In this document: positions 53,701-64,000 of the stretch, in pieces
How positions within the stretch are numbered: position 1 is the first letter of the stretch
How the letters are laid out: every line of letters starts with the position of its first letter
Source: Nageia nagi
Lineage: Eukaryota > Plantae > Pinophyta
Length of the DNA: 64,000 nucleotides
Assembly: GCA_050084985.1 (NCBI GenBank)
Contig: JBITNC010000002.1
Span: forward strand, 18,600,001-18,664,000
Reading direction: 5' to 3'
Made by a program: the position numbers and the translations under genes
The notes under the pieces: model-generated
Databases searched by the model: none
Told to the model about the DNA's origin: nothing
The model's input: the letters and a program-made list of their open reading frames with translations, nothing else

Positions 53701-54066
53701 GGGAATAAATAAATAAGAATTTCATAATACAACTTAAAGAAAAAATAAATATTATAATAAAGTATTAAAGTTATCAATAAGAAAATTGAAAGATATTAGA
53801 TATATTAAAGAGCTAAAAAATGAGGATTAGTGTCTTCTAGATCAATTAGAGGTAAAAATCTAGAGTCACATGGTAGAATGAAGGTAAGAAAAATACTAAT
53901 TTCTATGCTATTGTGTGCATTTGCATTAGCTTGATTATTGATATAAGATGTAGGTGCAGATGCCTTTGTGATAAGAACTTGAAACATAAGCATGGCCATT
54001 AATTTGGTCAAGAATTCAAGAGTTATGTTCGCCATTCCTATCACATTCATAAAATAGTTGATCAAA

Positions 54067-54991
54067 TGTAACTAAGAACCCTAAGGTTCTTGATGCATAG
54101 ATATGGGTAGGTTTGAGAGTACTTTTTATTTTAACCCTAATTAAGAGAAACAAAATATTATAAAAGGTGGGCACTAATATGTTTATATGTGTTTTGATAC
54201 ACCTAGGATTTTTGGCTAAATGAAATAAATATAAATAAATATTAAAGTATGTATTTTCTAAGCTATTTAACTCAAATAATCATACATAGATAATAGGAAA
54301 AATAAGAGTATAGTAGTGCACAATAACAAAATAACAAATTACATTGATGTCAAGATGTAAAATAAATAAACACACTAAAGATATCAAATCAAGCATATTA
54401 TAAATACCTATTTATCCTTACCTATATCATGGTTGAGGATATGCAAGGAGAACTTGTTGAGGATAGGTGACCTTGATGTATGAACCTAACGATTAACAAT
54501 AGAAAGAATCCTAGAGTAGGTGCTAGGCTCTAAGAAATCAATGTGGATCGACACTTCAACATGAGCACTCATGTTCTAGTAGAATGAGGTATGCTAACAA
54601 GGATCGATGATAGCAAATATGATGAAAAGTCAAACTAAGCATATGTTTACGAAGATGGATGAATTAGGTATTTTCTCAAGTGATAACAAGATTCTAATCT
54701 CAATAGGAGGTATTTAGAAACACCCAAGTGTAGGGTATCAACTATCAATATGTAATCTTGACATGCTTTCCCCAGGTTACAGATACATACATTTATATCA
54801 AGCATGATATCATCATTTGACCCTATGTATGAAGGTTAAAGCCATCCCAATGTACCTAACATAAAAATAAGAAAAAAAATCTAAGAAATATATAATAATA
54901 AGTAAAATATAATTTAAATATGATTAAACATGTATGTAAAGTTGCACCTAAGTGGGACTAGGCAAAGAGGAACACTTTTTAGGTGTTAACA
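54067..54991. mobile_element. Possible solo LTR
   Basis: Bounded by TGTAAC...GTTAACA with LTR-like non-coding content. No TSD, PBS or PPT found. Confidence 0.3.
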
Positions 54992-57799
54992 ATATGATAT
55001 CATAAAACTCATTTTTGTGCTCATACAAAATCATAATAGATTCCCATACCACCATTGATTTAGTGGGATTTGCTACATTTTAAATCATGTATGCGTTCAT
55101 TGATAATTTGATCAATGTAAGGGAGATATGTTATTTGATATAAAAATTAACATATGTTGCAACATTTGTTTGATGGTCTATTAGATTACTATTAATGTGA
55201 CTCTATATAACATGAAAAATCATTAAATATATCATTTGATGCTTCAATGTCTCAAGATTCTTATCTTCATTAACCTTCTTAGTCAAAGTATTTAACAAAA
55301 TATTTTGATTAGAAATAAGTGTTAGATTGGCCATTGGATACTTAAGATAAGAAGATTATAAGATATAGGATTCATAAGATAGATTTGGATTGACCAAAAA
55401 ATACTTGACTCAAAATTTACCCTCAATTATTGTGTGATCAAATATCTTCTAAATGTGTTCCACCAATATTTTTTAATCTTTTCTTTTTCTTTTTTAATTA
55501 AATAATATTTAAATAAAAGAGTGGTAGTTAAAATATTAAATAAGATAGCCCAAAATATTAGGGATCAATAATATGAAAATATTTTTTCTTCCCTATATTT
55601 TAATGAGGTAGTAAAAGAGAAGGAAATATTGACACTAGACTCCTAAGAAATGGAAGTGGTAATAGGAAGTCAATGGTAATTTTTTTCCACATGTTACAAC
55701 TCACTAGAACCTCCTATTTGGAAAGGAAAGCATTCAAGAGAAGGAAGTAGTTGCATCATAAGGATACTCTATCCATCCCTACTCAAAGGGAACTAAAGAA
55801 TAGTTGGATCATCAAGGAGAGAATCCCTCAACCTAGGATTTAGGAAAGAAATAAATGAAACAAAATATGTATAAAGGAGTTTACCATACCCTTTTTCTAC
55901 AAGGAAATTATATTATATTTTACTTATAGTAAGGGTAAATTATATTATCAAAAGATGAGGTTTTTTTTGGGTCCCAAAAATTGATCACAAAAATGGTTTC
56001 CTCTTCAAGAAATTACTACCTTGCTATACTTGGTGGTAGCCAAAAAGATTCCATACATATCATTACAACATAGCTAAAACCCAATCATAATGATATTAAT
56101 CTAATATAACAAACTTGTAAAAAACTCAACTATACTATTGAAGACTAGAAACTAACTAACCAAAGCCTTCTTTTCTCCTTACTTTACTAAGGTAGGTTTA
56201 TTTTGCACTTTCCTAGAATTAGCCCTAGTTGCAATTTGAACTAAAGAACACTAGTATCAAATGTAGGTAGTGGTTAATCAACTAGTACCCATTCCAAGAG
56301 CATGATGTTGAGTGGTTTTCCAATCCTTTCTATCTTCTCTAGATTCTATGAGCCCTTCAATTTCCTCTTTTTAGGATGATTTTTATGAACCTTTGGCTAT
56401 ATTGCATTTGTATTCTAGGTGGTTTTTGGTTGCACTATCCTTAAATTAAGGACATTCTGATATTTTTAAAAATTAATGTTGGTAGTGGACCAGAAAGGAA
56501 TTGCCCAAATCTACCTTTTTTACTATTAATTGATATCCCTAATGACTCGTTTATGTTATGGGAGACATGGTTGCTCTCACTTTTATTTTCTTCTTCCTTC
56601 TTAGTCTATGTATTTATATTAAATTTTGAGCTCATAGATTAGGGATGTGAGTCCTTCATAGCCTCAATTGAAGGGCATTTGAAAATATTTTCCTTGGGGG
56701 ATTCATCTTGAGCTATGTTAAGGGGCATAGGGGGCTTAGAATGAGTCAGAATAGGGTCCTCCAAATTTTCTTCTCAAATGGTGGGAGGTGAAATATGGTC
56801 TACAAGGTCATTATAAGTTGTGGGGGATTGGGTGCCTTTTTCATCTTGAAGGGGTTAAAGGGTGGATTCCTAAGGATGACTATCTTCTTGGACATGCATG
56901 ACCTCTTCAACTCCTTTGGTCCTAGCATTATTGTTCTTAATTCTTTGAGACCTGGTGACCATTATCTTACTACTAGAGGGAGTAGTAGAAGAGGTCTTCT
57001 TGGCAAGTTTGATAAAATTTTTTAGGGCATTGGTCTTTCCTTCCTCTTCTTTTTTTTTGATAGAGTCAACACTTTTCTCCTTTATAATTTTTTTACAATT
57101 TGAAGGGAGTCAAAGCTTCAACTTCTCTTCTTCTCTTTCTTAATTTTCAAGTACTATTCAAAGAGTCTTTTTTTTATGATTCTCCTTCAACCAGCTAATA
57201 GAACATATTTTTTTCCCCTAGATCTTTGGATAATGCCTTCCTATACATGAAAGTAATGATACCTATGTTCCTCATTTTCTTCTCTTACCATTTGTAAACT
57301 TGTTTCATAGAAATCCTAATTGACTGTACCAAAAATAAAGGAAAATAAATATGAAACTCTTCCCCCCTCTTGAAATCATAAATCAGGATAATATTTGGGC
57401 CAAATATAATAGTATACCTTCCATCCATCATGAAATATTTGGTAACCCATTTGATTATTTGGTCGTAAGGCTTAAACTACTTCTCCCAATCATTCTTAGT
57501 GCACTTTTCCTTACAAGCTCCTTGTTGGGATTAGAAAAAGCTTGGATCTCATCTAGGTAAACCTTGGAATTTTGCTTAAATATCCTCTCATATAAGTTTA
57601 TGGAATTATATTCCATAATGGATCCCATGGTTAAATTCACTCTCATAAACCTAATTTCAACCTAAACATTGTTAAAGCTTGAAATAATAGAATCCTTAAT
57701 TTTTGGATCATGACCTTGGTAGTTCATTAATTAGTGATGGATACCAACTTTTCTATAAGTAAAGAAACTACATATACTTGAAATAGAAATGATGAAGAT

Positions 57800-59100
57800 G
57801 ATGGGAGGATTAAGTAATTATTACAAGGTACACCACCTTTTTGAATATCACCTTAAATTCTTATGCGACCATGAGTTTTCCTATGTTACCTTATCAAATC
57901 ATTTAGACCATTCATGGTAAGAGGATGTATGTGATCAAAGTATGATTTCTCAAGGCCTACGATCCCATCCTCCTCTTTTACATTAATCTATGGATGCCAC
58001 ATCATTGGTGCATCTGGGTAATCCTCCCTTCCCTTATGAGGAAGTGGTAAAGGACTCTAAAAAGAGTTTGCATCTCAAATAATATGATTCAACATCCTTG
58101 GTAGGGTTCAATTATATGCAATAATTAATATTTTTAATCAGTAGTCTAGAGCATTACTTCCAAGATCTAGCTACATCTCAGTTGTGCTCTTTGAAAAGCA
58201 TATCATTTGTCTCTTTCCATAATATCCAACATACATGGGGAGGTATCATGGCATAAATTAATTTTGATTTTTTGCTTCCTCCCTCTAACCTTCATTGTTC
58301 AACTATTTTGGATAAAGAGAAGGGAGTGGTCTAATGATGACGAAGAATAGTATTCATTTTATCCCATAATTCTTTGGTATATTCACAATAGAGAAAGAGA
58401 TGGGAAGATGTTTCCTCTTCTTTTTTACATAGAAAATATCTACTAGGGAAACTCATTCCTTTCCTTTTTAATACTTTATTAATATAGATCCTCTTTCTAG
58501 TCTTGCTGCCAAAAAAAAGTAGGCAATTTTGGGAATTAGTATTTTGATCCATACACTATTCTAGAGGTGTTTTCGGGGTCCCTAGTATTTTGATTCAAGA
58601 AATGATAGCCATTTTTGATGGAGTATTCTAGTTTCCTTTCTTTCTCATCTAAGTAGTAAAGGTAGTCTACTTTTGGAGTAGGGTACATCTAAATTTTGTT
58701 CAATATTTGGAGGAATTTTTCTCTTAAGTTAGTGGGAGGGATGGACCAATGGATTTCATTATCTTGGTAGTAGAAATTATATTATATTTTTTTCTATAAG
58801 ACCTCTTGGATTTAAAATCCTCTCTAATGGAGGAAGTATTGAAATTAAATTCACTCCCTAAGATTCCTCCCAAAAATATTATTTCACTATAGAATAATTC
58901 AAGGAGAAATAACTCATTGAAGAATAACCTAAAACTTATTATAAGTGGGATCAAAGCTACATTTGCTTTCAGATAGACATATTTAAGAATGTTATATTGA
59001 CAAATATCTATAAATAAAAAGATTAATATTCTATAAAGAATACTAGGAGTAGGAATACTTTTTTGAGATAAGTCTCTTATAAGATTGGGTAATCAACTTC
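57800..59100 (-). mobile_element. L1 LINE ORF2 3' fragment (zf-RVT region)
   Basis: ORF 58331-58552 (-) LKRKGMSFPSRYFLCKKEEETSSHLFLYCEYTKELW matches the zf-RVT C..C....E...HL...C motif. It is followed by PPHVCWILWKE.N...F. Boundaries are approximate. Confidence 0.72.
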
Positions 59101-62100
59101 TTCACTCAAAGAAATTTTTTTAAATATATAAAAAAGTATATTTTAGTTGTATAATAACAAATACTATAAATTATGAATTTATATTTTTCAAAGTTAAACT
59201 ATAAACTAGTTCAAATAATATTTCTCTTGAAATCCATTAAATAGATGCAATCGATATCATCATTCCCTAAATAAGAACTATCTTGTTGTACTACTTACAA
59301 GTTAAAGAAGAGAATCTAAACATAAATATTAATGGGAGGGAGGGATCAAGAATGATAAAGATTCACAACCAATCAAAGGATTTATTTGAACAAGGTACTT
59401 TGCATAGGAAACTCATATCTTTAACTAAATTGTATCTTTGAAGTGATAGTAAATAGATTGTAATTTAATAATAGTATGAAGAGTCAACTTTGAAATTGAA
59501 TTGAAGAGACAAATGAGTGAAATAAACTAGTACTCAAATTAAACACAATAAAATAGTGAATTGAATTTTAAAAATCATAAAACATAAGAGAATTTATAAA
59601 GATAAATATTATTTCTTCATTCCACATGAATTTAAATGTAAAAAGTAACAAACAATAAAAAATACACTAAATATAAAATATTGAATTGCATAAAATTACA
59701 AATTCCAAATGAAGAACATATTTAATATCTTTAAAAGTAATGAAAACAAAGTATACTCATTAAAATCCATAGATGATGACCCATGAATGAAATAATGAAT
59801 GATAATTTTTATTCTCATTTAAACATAATTAATTTTAGGACTTGTCAAAATTTATCCAAAGATAAATATGTATATCATTTGTATATTCAAATGATTCTTT
59901 CTAACATAAAGTTAATTGATAAAAAAATTGGATCATTTAATATCCTTATTCTACCATTATTATCATTCCATGATCAATACATATCCTGAGCCATTTTGGC
60001 ATTATGTCAGACCAAATTCCATCATGTCAACCCAAGTTCTACATTATCGATCATTCTTCTACTTTGTTAGTCCTACTCCATCCATGTCATTCATGATCCT
60101 ACATTTTTTATCAAGGATGGAGAATATTAGGTAAGTATGGGGATTATCAATCAATGTGAAGAATATCTTTCAAATATTGAGGATGCCGACCATGTATCCA
60201 ATTAGACATGATAATGTTGGGTTAGATGACCACTATTTGGGTTGATTTAATCTAAGATAGGTTAAATAGCCTTGTTTTGTGTTGAATGGTGTCTTCATAC
60301 AATATTATTAATCATGATCATTTGAATTCAATTTCATGTGATCTTGGTGAGCAAGGATCAAATTGTTGGGTAGAGCAAATTTTCAATTGAAAGGTTCATT
60401 TATTTTTTACCTTTCATGGTTGACAGGTAAAATATTTTTGTATATTTCAATTAAAAAATTCATTTGATTTTTATTTTCAATAATTGAAAATAGTAGATAT
60501 AATATATTAGTTGAAGATTTTTACCATAATAAATTATAAAAATTGAAAAGTTGTTATCAATAATAGTAGCTCTAACTTTGAAAATGAATATATGTAGCAC
60601 TTCAAAAATATGATTTGGAGGTACTTGTGCCAATGGGATATAGATCAATTCATGTTTTTAAAATAAGTTACATTATTCATAGCATTTTACTAACAATAAT
60701 ATAACCAAATATATTAAATAATTTAAAATAGACATATTATGGGGAAGCATTCATATGAAAATAAACTACTTCTTTTGAAGAATCTATATGAAAATTATCC
60801 ATTATTGCAAGAGTAGTCAAACATCCATTAAACTATCATTTCCACCACTAAACCCTTCTAAAAATAAACCAAAATCATGATTTAGATTATATGGTTTATA
60901 CAAATACTATGATATACATAATGTGATTGCTAAACTAAACAAACCTTAGCATTAAGGGTGACAAGTTTAACAAATATGATGGTTTGAATAACTACTTCAA
61001 ATATAAATTGGATCCTATTAAAAAAACTTCACAAGTAAAACTTCACCCACTTTTGAGAGCCGGATGCCTTACCACTTGGAATTCATAGTAGAAAATCCTA
61101 AACCAACAATCTAAACAATAAAAAAACCTTATATTAACCCAAAAGAAAATAATAATAGAAGAAACCATATAGTAGAGACAAAAATAAAATGAAATTAGTT
61201 ACCAAAACCCTAATGTGTAGTGATCATATTCCATATGTTGTTTAGATATTTGCATATTTTTTCAATCAGAACATTTCTTTTATAGGAAAAATGAGTGTTA
61301 TGAAGCTAATAATAATAAGGATATGGATTTGAATGATATGGATATCCATTTATACTCCCATGTTGTTGGGAGTGGGGCTATCGGGCAACAAAGCAATGTG
61401 AATAGTATGAGGTTTTTCAATTACTAGTAATTGCATGAAACATCAATATTAATTACATTAATTATAATTTATGTTCAAATAATTAGTCCTAATAGTCTCT
61501 ATTATAGTACAAATTACTAGTAATATGAGTAAAAAAACTTTAAGGGTAAATTGTAAAGTTACCCATCAATTGAAATTTTAAATTTTATTTTATCCTCCAT
61601 AATTGAGAGGTAATTTCAATTTTTAATTTTTAAATGATAGAAATTTTTTAATAATTCCTTCTATGATAGGTAAAATGGTCATTGAAGGGAACTAAAGGGT
61701 TCAATTTTGATCCCTACTAGTGAGGGTGTTAGTAAGGAAAATAGTTACTAGGATATTATGGAAACTAAATATGGTTGTGAGAAGTTAAAATGACCTATCT
61801 GTGAGAGATACCCGAGAGGAGTTGAAAAAACCTTCTTATGCGAGTTAAAAGGTGGAATGGAGTATGATGATGAATATATAAAGAATAGAGGGCATTGCAT
61901 TTTGTTGTGTAAAAGTTTATAGGAAAATAGGGATTTTAGTACTTTATTTTGCAGTAGTTCTATAATATTTTTCATTATAATGTTTTTTATTGAAATGAAT
62001 ATCTAAGGATAGGATATTATTGGATGTAATTTCACATGGGAAGGAATTAGGATAAATCATTGTATCAATTTATGTGATTACTTCATTTTTAATTCTGCTT

Positions 62101-64000
62101 GTTTGTAATTGCATGTTTTTCTATGTTTTTTTAATGTATATTAAAAAATTCTTGAATGGTATAAGTAATATTGAAAGATGTATTTCTGGTGTCTATAATA
62201 AAATCGATATGATTTAATTGATGAAGTTATATAAATGTATTTGTATTTTATTAACTTCAAAAAATATATGAGAATAAGCCAAATTAATTTATGAGTTAAC
62301 ATGATAATGTCTTAGTTGTTTAAAGCACTTAGTCCATATGTTTAAAGCATTGATTCATATTTTTTTATTTTGTTAATAAATTTTTTAATCTTCTTTCTAT
62401 TGTTTATCAAATACTAATAAAGGCTTAACCTCCTTTAAACCTATTTATTTGTAGGACCTATCAAGTATTATTAAATATTATCAATGTAGGGGGTGGAAGT
62501 AGAACTTCAAATATTCCATGTGAGTACTTTCATATCTCACATGTCTCCCAAATTCCCTAGCAAGAGGTGATAAGTTAATCTTTTAAGTCTTAACAAACAT
62601 CATTATATTTTGTTTGATCTTATTTTAATGATCTTATTTTTATTAGATAAATGTAAGTGATTCAATCAATTATGGTAGAAAGTATGAATTTTTTTCTTAG
62701 AATATCAATGCATTATTCAATGTTTTTTATTATGTAGAAAACAATAATTGAAATACTTGATTCATATATATTTACTTCTAAATAAAATTCGATAATTCCA
62801 ACAAACCAAAAAAAAAAAATTAAAAGGATAATAAAATTAAGTATATAGTATTTTAACCACAGTTCAGTAAGCCTCTAGTCTTAATTTAACACAGTTTTTG
62901 ATATGGTGCCTTTTTGATATTAGTATGCATTGTCTATGCCTTGACAACTCAAGATGAACTTAGTCATCTATACAGAAAATATTCTATTCCAACATCAGCA
63001 TAAGTTAAAGAAAAGGAATTGAAATACAATACAGACAAGACTAAGCATTGCACAAAAGGAAAAACTTCCACATTTTGACCTTAAAGTGGACCTAATTTCT
63101 TGCACCCACCCAAGAATAAAAGGTAAAAATATCTAGGTGATATTGATCATATTATAATAATATGGGGTGGCATGTTGTCTTATTACTCCTATATAGTATT
63201 TCATCATTGAATGACATATTATGGTCTCTTTGTTGCATTACATTATAATTGTATGCTTGTATACCTTTGGTTGTAAAAACCTTTTTCACACTGTAGATTG
63301 CATTATAAAAATGCATAATGAGTCTTTATTTCTTGCATATGGTTTTAGTATTACTTATGTAAACAATATTTTATATTTGAAGATAAATTAGAGAATAATA
63401 ATGTACATAAATGGCTGAAGCATTTAATTATATGATCTCTATTGGATTAGGAGATTCTTTTAAATATGTACTTATTTTTTCATGGCTATTCATAGTGTTG
63501 GGGCACCCTTCTTATGGTTGTGCTTATGATTCACCCATGATGGTTCCTATTATAATTAATTATGTTGGACCATATAGACTCCTTAATTTTGAGAGGTTGT
63601 TTGATAATATTGGTGCAAGAGAACTTTGATAGTTGTACAAATTTAAAAATATGATAAGAAAAATCCTTGATGTATGCATGTATTACAAAAATAATGCAAA
63701 AATATTAGTATCTATAATAAAGTAAAGATTATATTTATAGTGGAATCATTAAGAAACATGTAACCTTATATGAAACCATTAAATTTTGGTATTGACAAAT
63801 GATTGAATGTAATATGTATTCTAATATAATATTAATAAATTTATATTGCATTGTAACATTAGCTACCTATGGTTTTATTCAAGTAGGATAATGCAAAACT
63901 ACTTATGAACACCTTCATAGTTCTTTTGCTTAGCTCAAAATTCTAGTGTTATGTGTGCATACTTTGGGTTATCATATTTGCTTTCCATAATTGTATTATT

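Noticed and set aside
56100-57800. Minus-strand coding-like region adjacent to the L1 fragment
   Set aside because: Probably TE-derived, but I could not assign any domain.
61055-61079. tRNA-like fragment on the minus strand (CCAAGTGGTAAGGCATC, D-arm/A-box-like)
   Set aside because: No T-arm/B-box or acceptor stem follows. At most it is a SINE or organellar remnant, not a tRNA gene.
61330-62170. Possible LTR with a PBS-like TGGTAT at ~62157
   Set aside because: PBS match too short, with no paired LTR, terminal CA or downstream gag.
63411-63629. 72-aa ORF near the window end
   Set aside because: No recognisable motif or supportable exon structure.

Overview
This is an AT-rich, heavily transposon-laden plant nuclear window, most likely from a gymnosperm and probably a conifer. 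That host assignment is inferred from the PPR motif style and a Dryad-type Penelope element. The only intact host gene I can support is a 3-exon R2R3-MYB (33136-34581, +, 419 aa) resembling the MYB53/92/93-MYB9/39/107 and MYB41/74/102 suberin/stress clades. The gene sits in a decaying local array. A duplicate of its upstream and downstream flanks at about 3.5-8.2 kb lacks the whole coding region, which was removed at a 3-bp TGT microhomology, while the promoter stayed well conserved. A third copy of the downstream flank lies at 9.5-12 kb, and a diverged, deletion-riddled MYB pseudogene lies at 48.4-49.3 kb. The rest is nested, C>T-decayed mobile DNA: a chromoviral Gypsy with its 3' LTR, a two-LTR element with a ~400-bp interior, a Tat/Ogre-like non-autonomous element inserted (with TSD) into a CRM-type pol, a SIRE-like Copia, a younger Ale-like Copia 225 bp behind the MYB stop, a Penelope-like retroelement, L1 fragments and fold-back/MITE-like elements. 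There is also a PLS-E PPR pseudogene and a possible endogenous caulimovirid movement-protein relic. All alignments were made by eye, and element boundaries are approximate unless terminal motifs are quoted.
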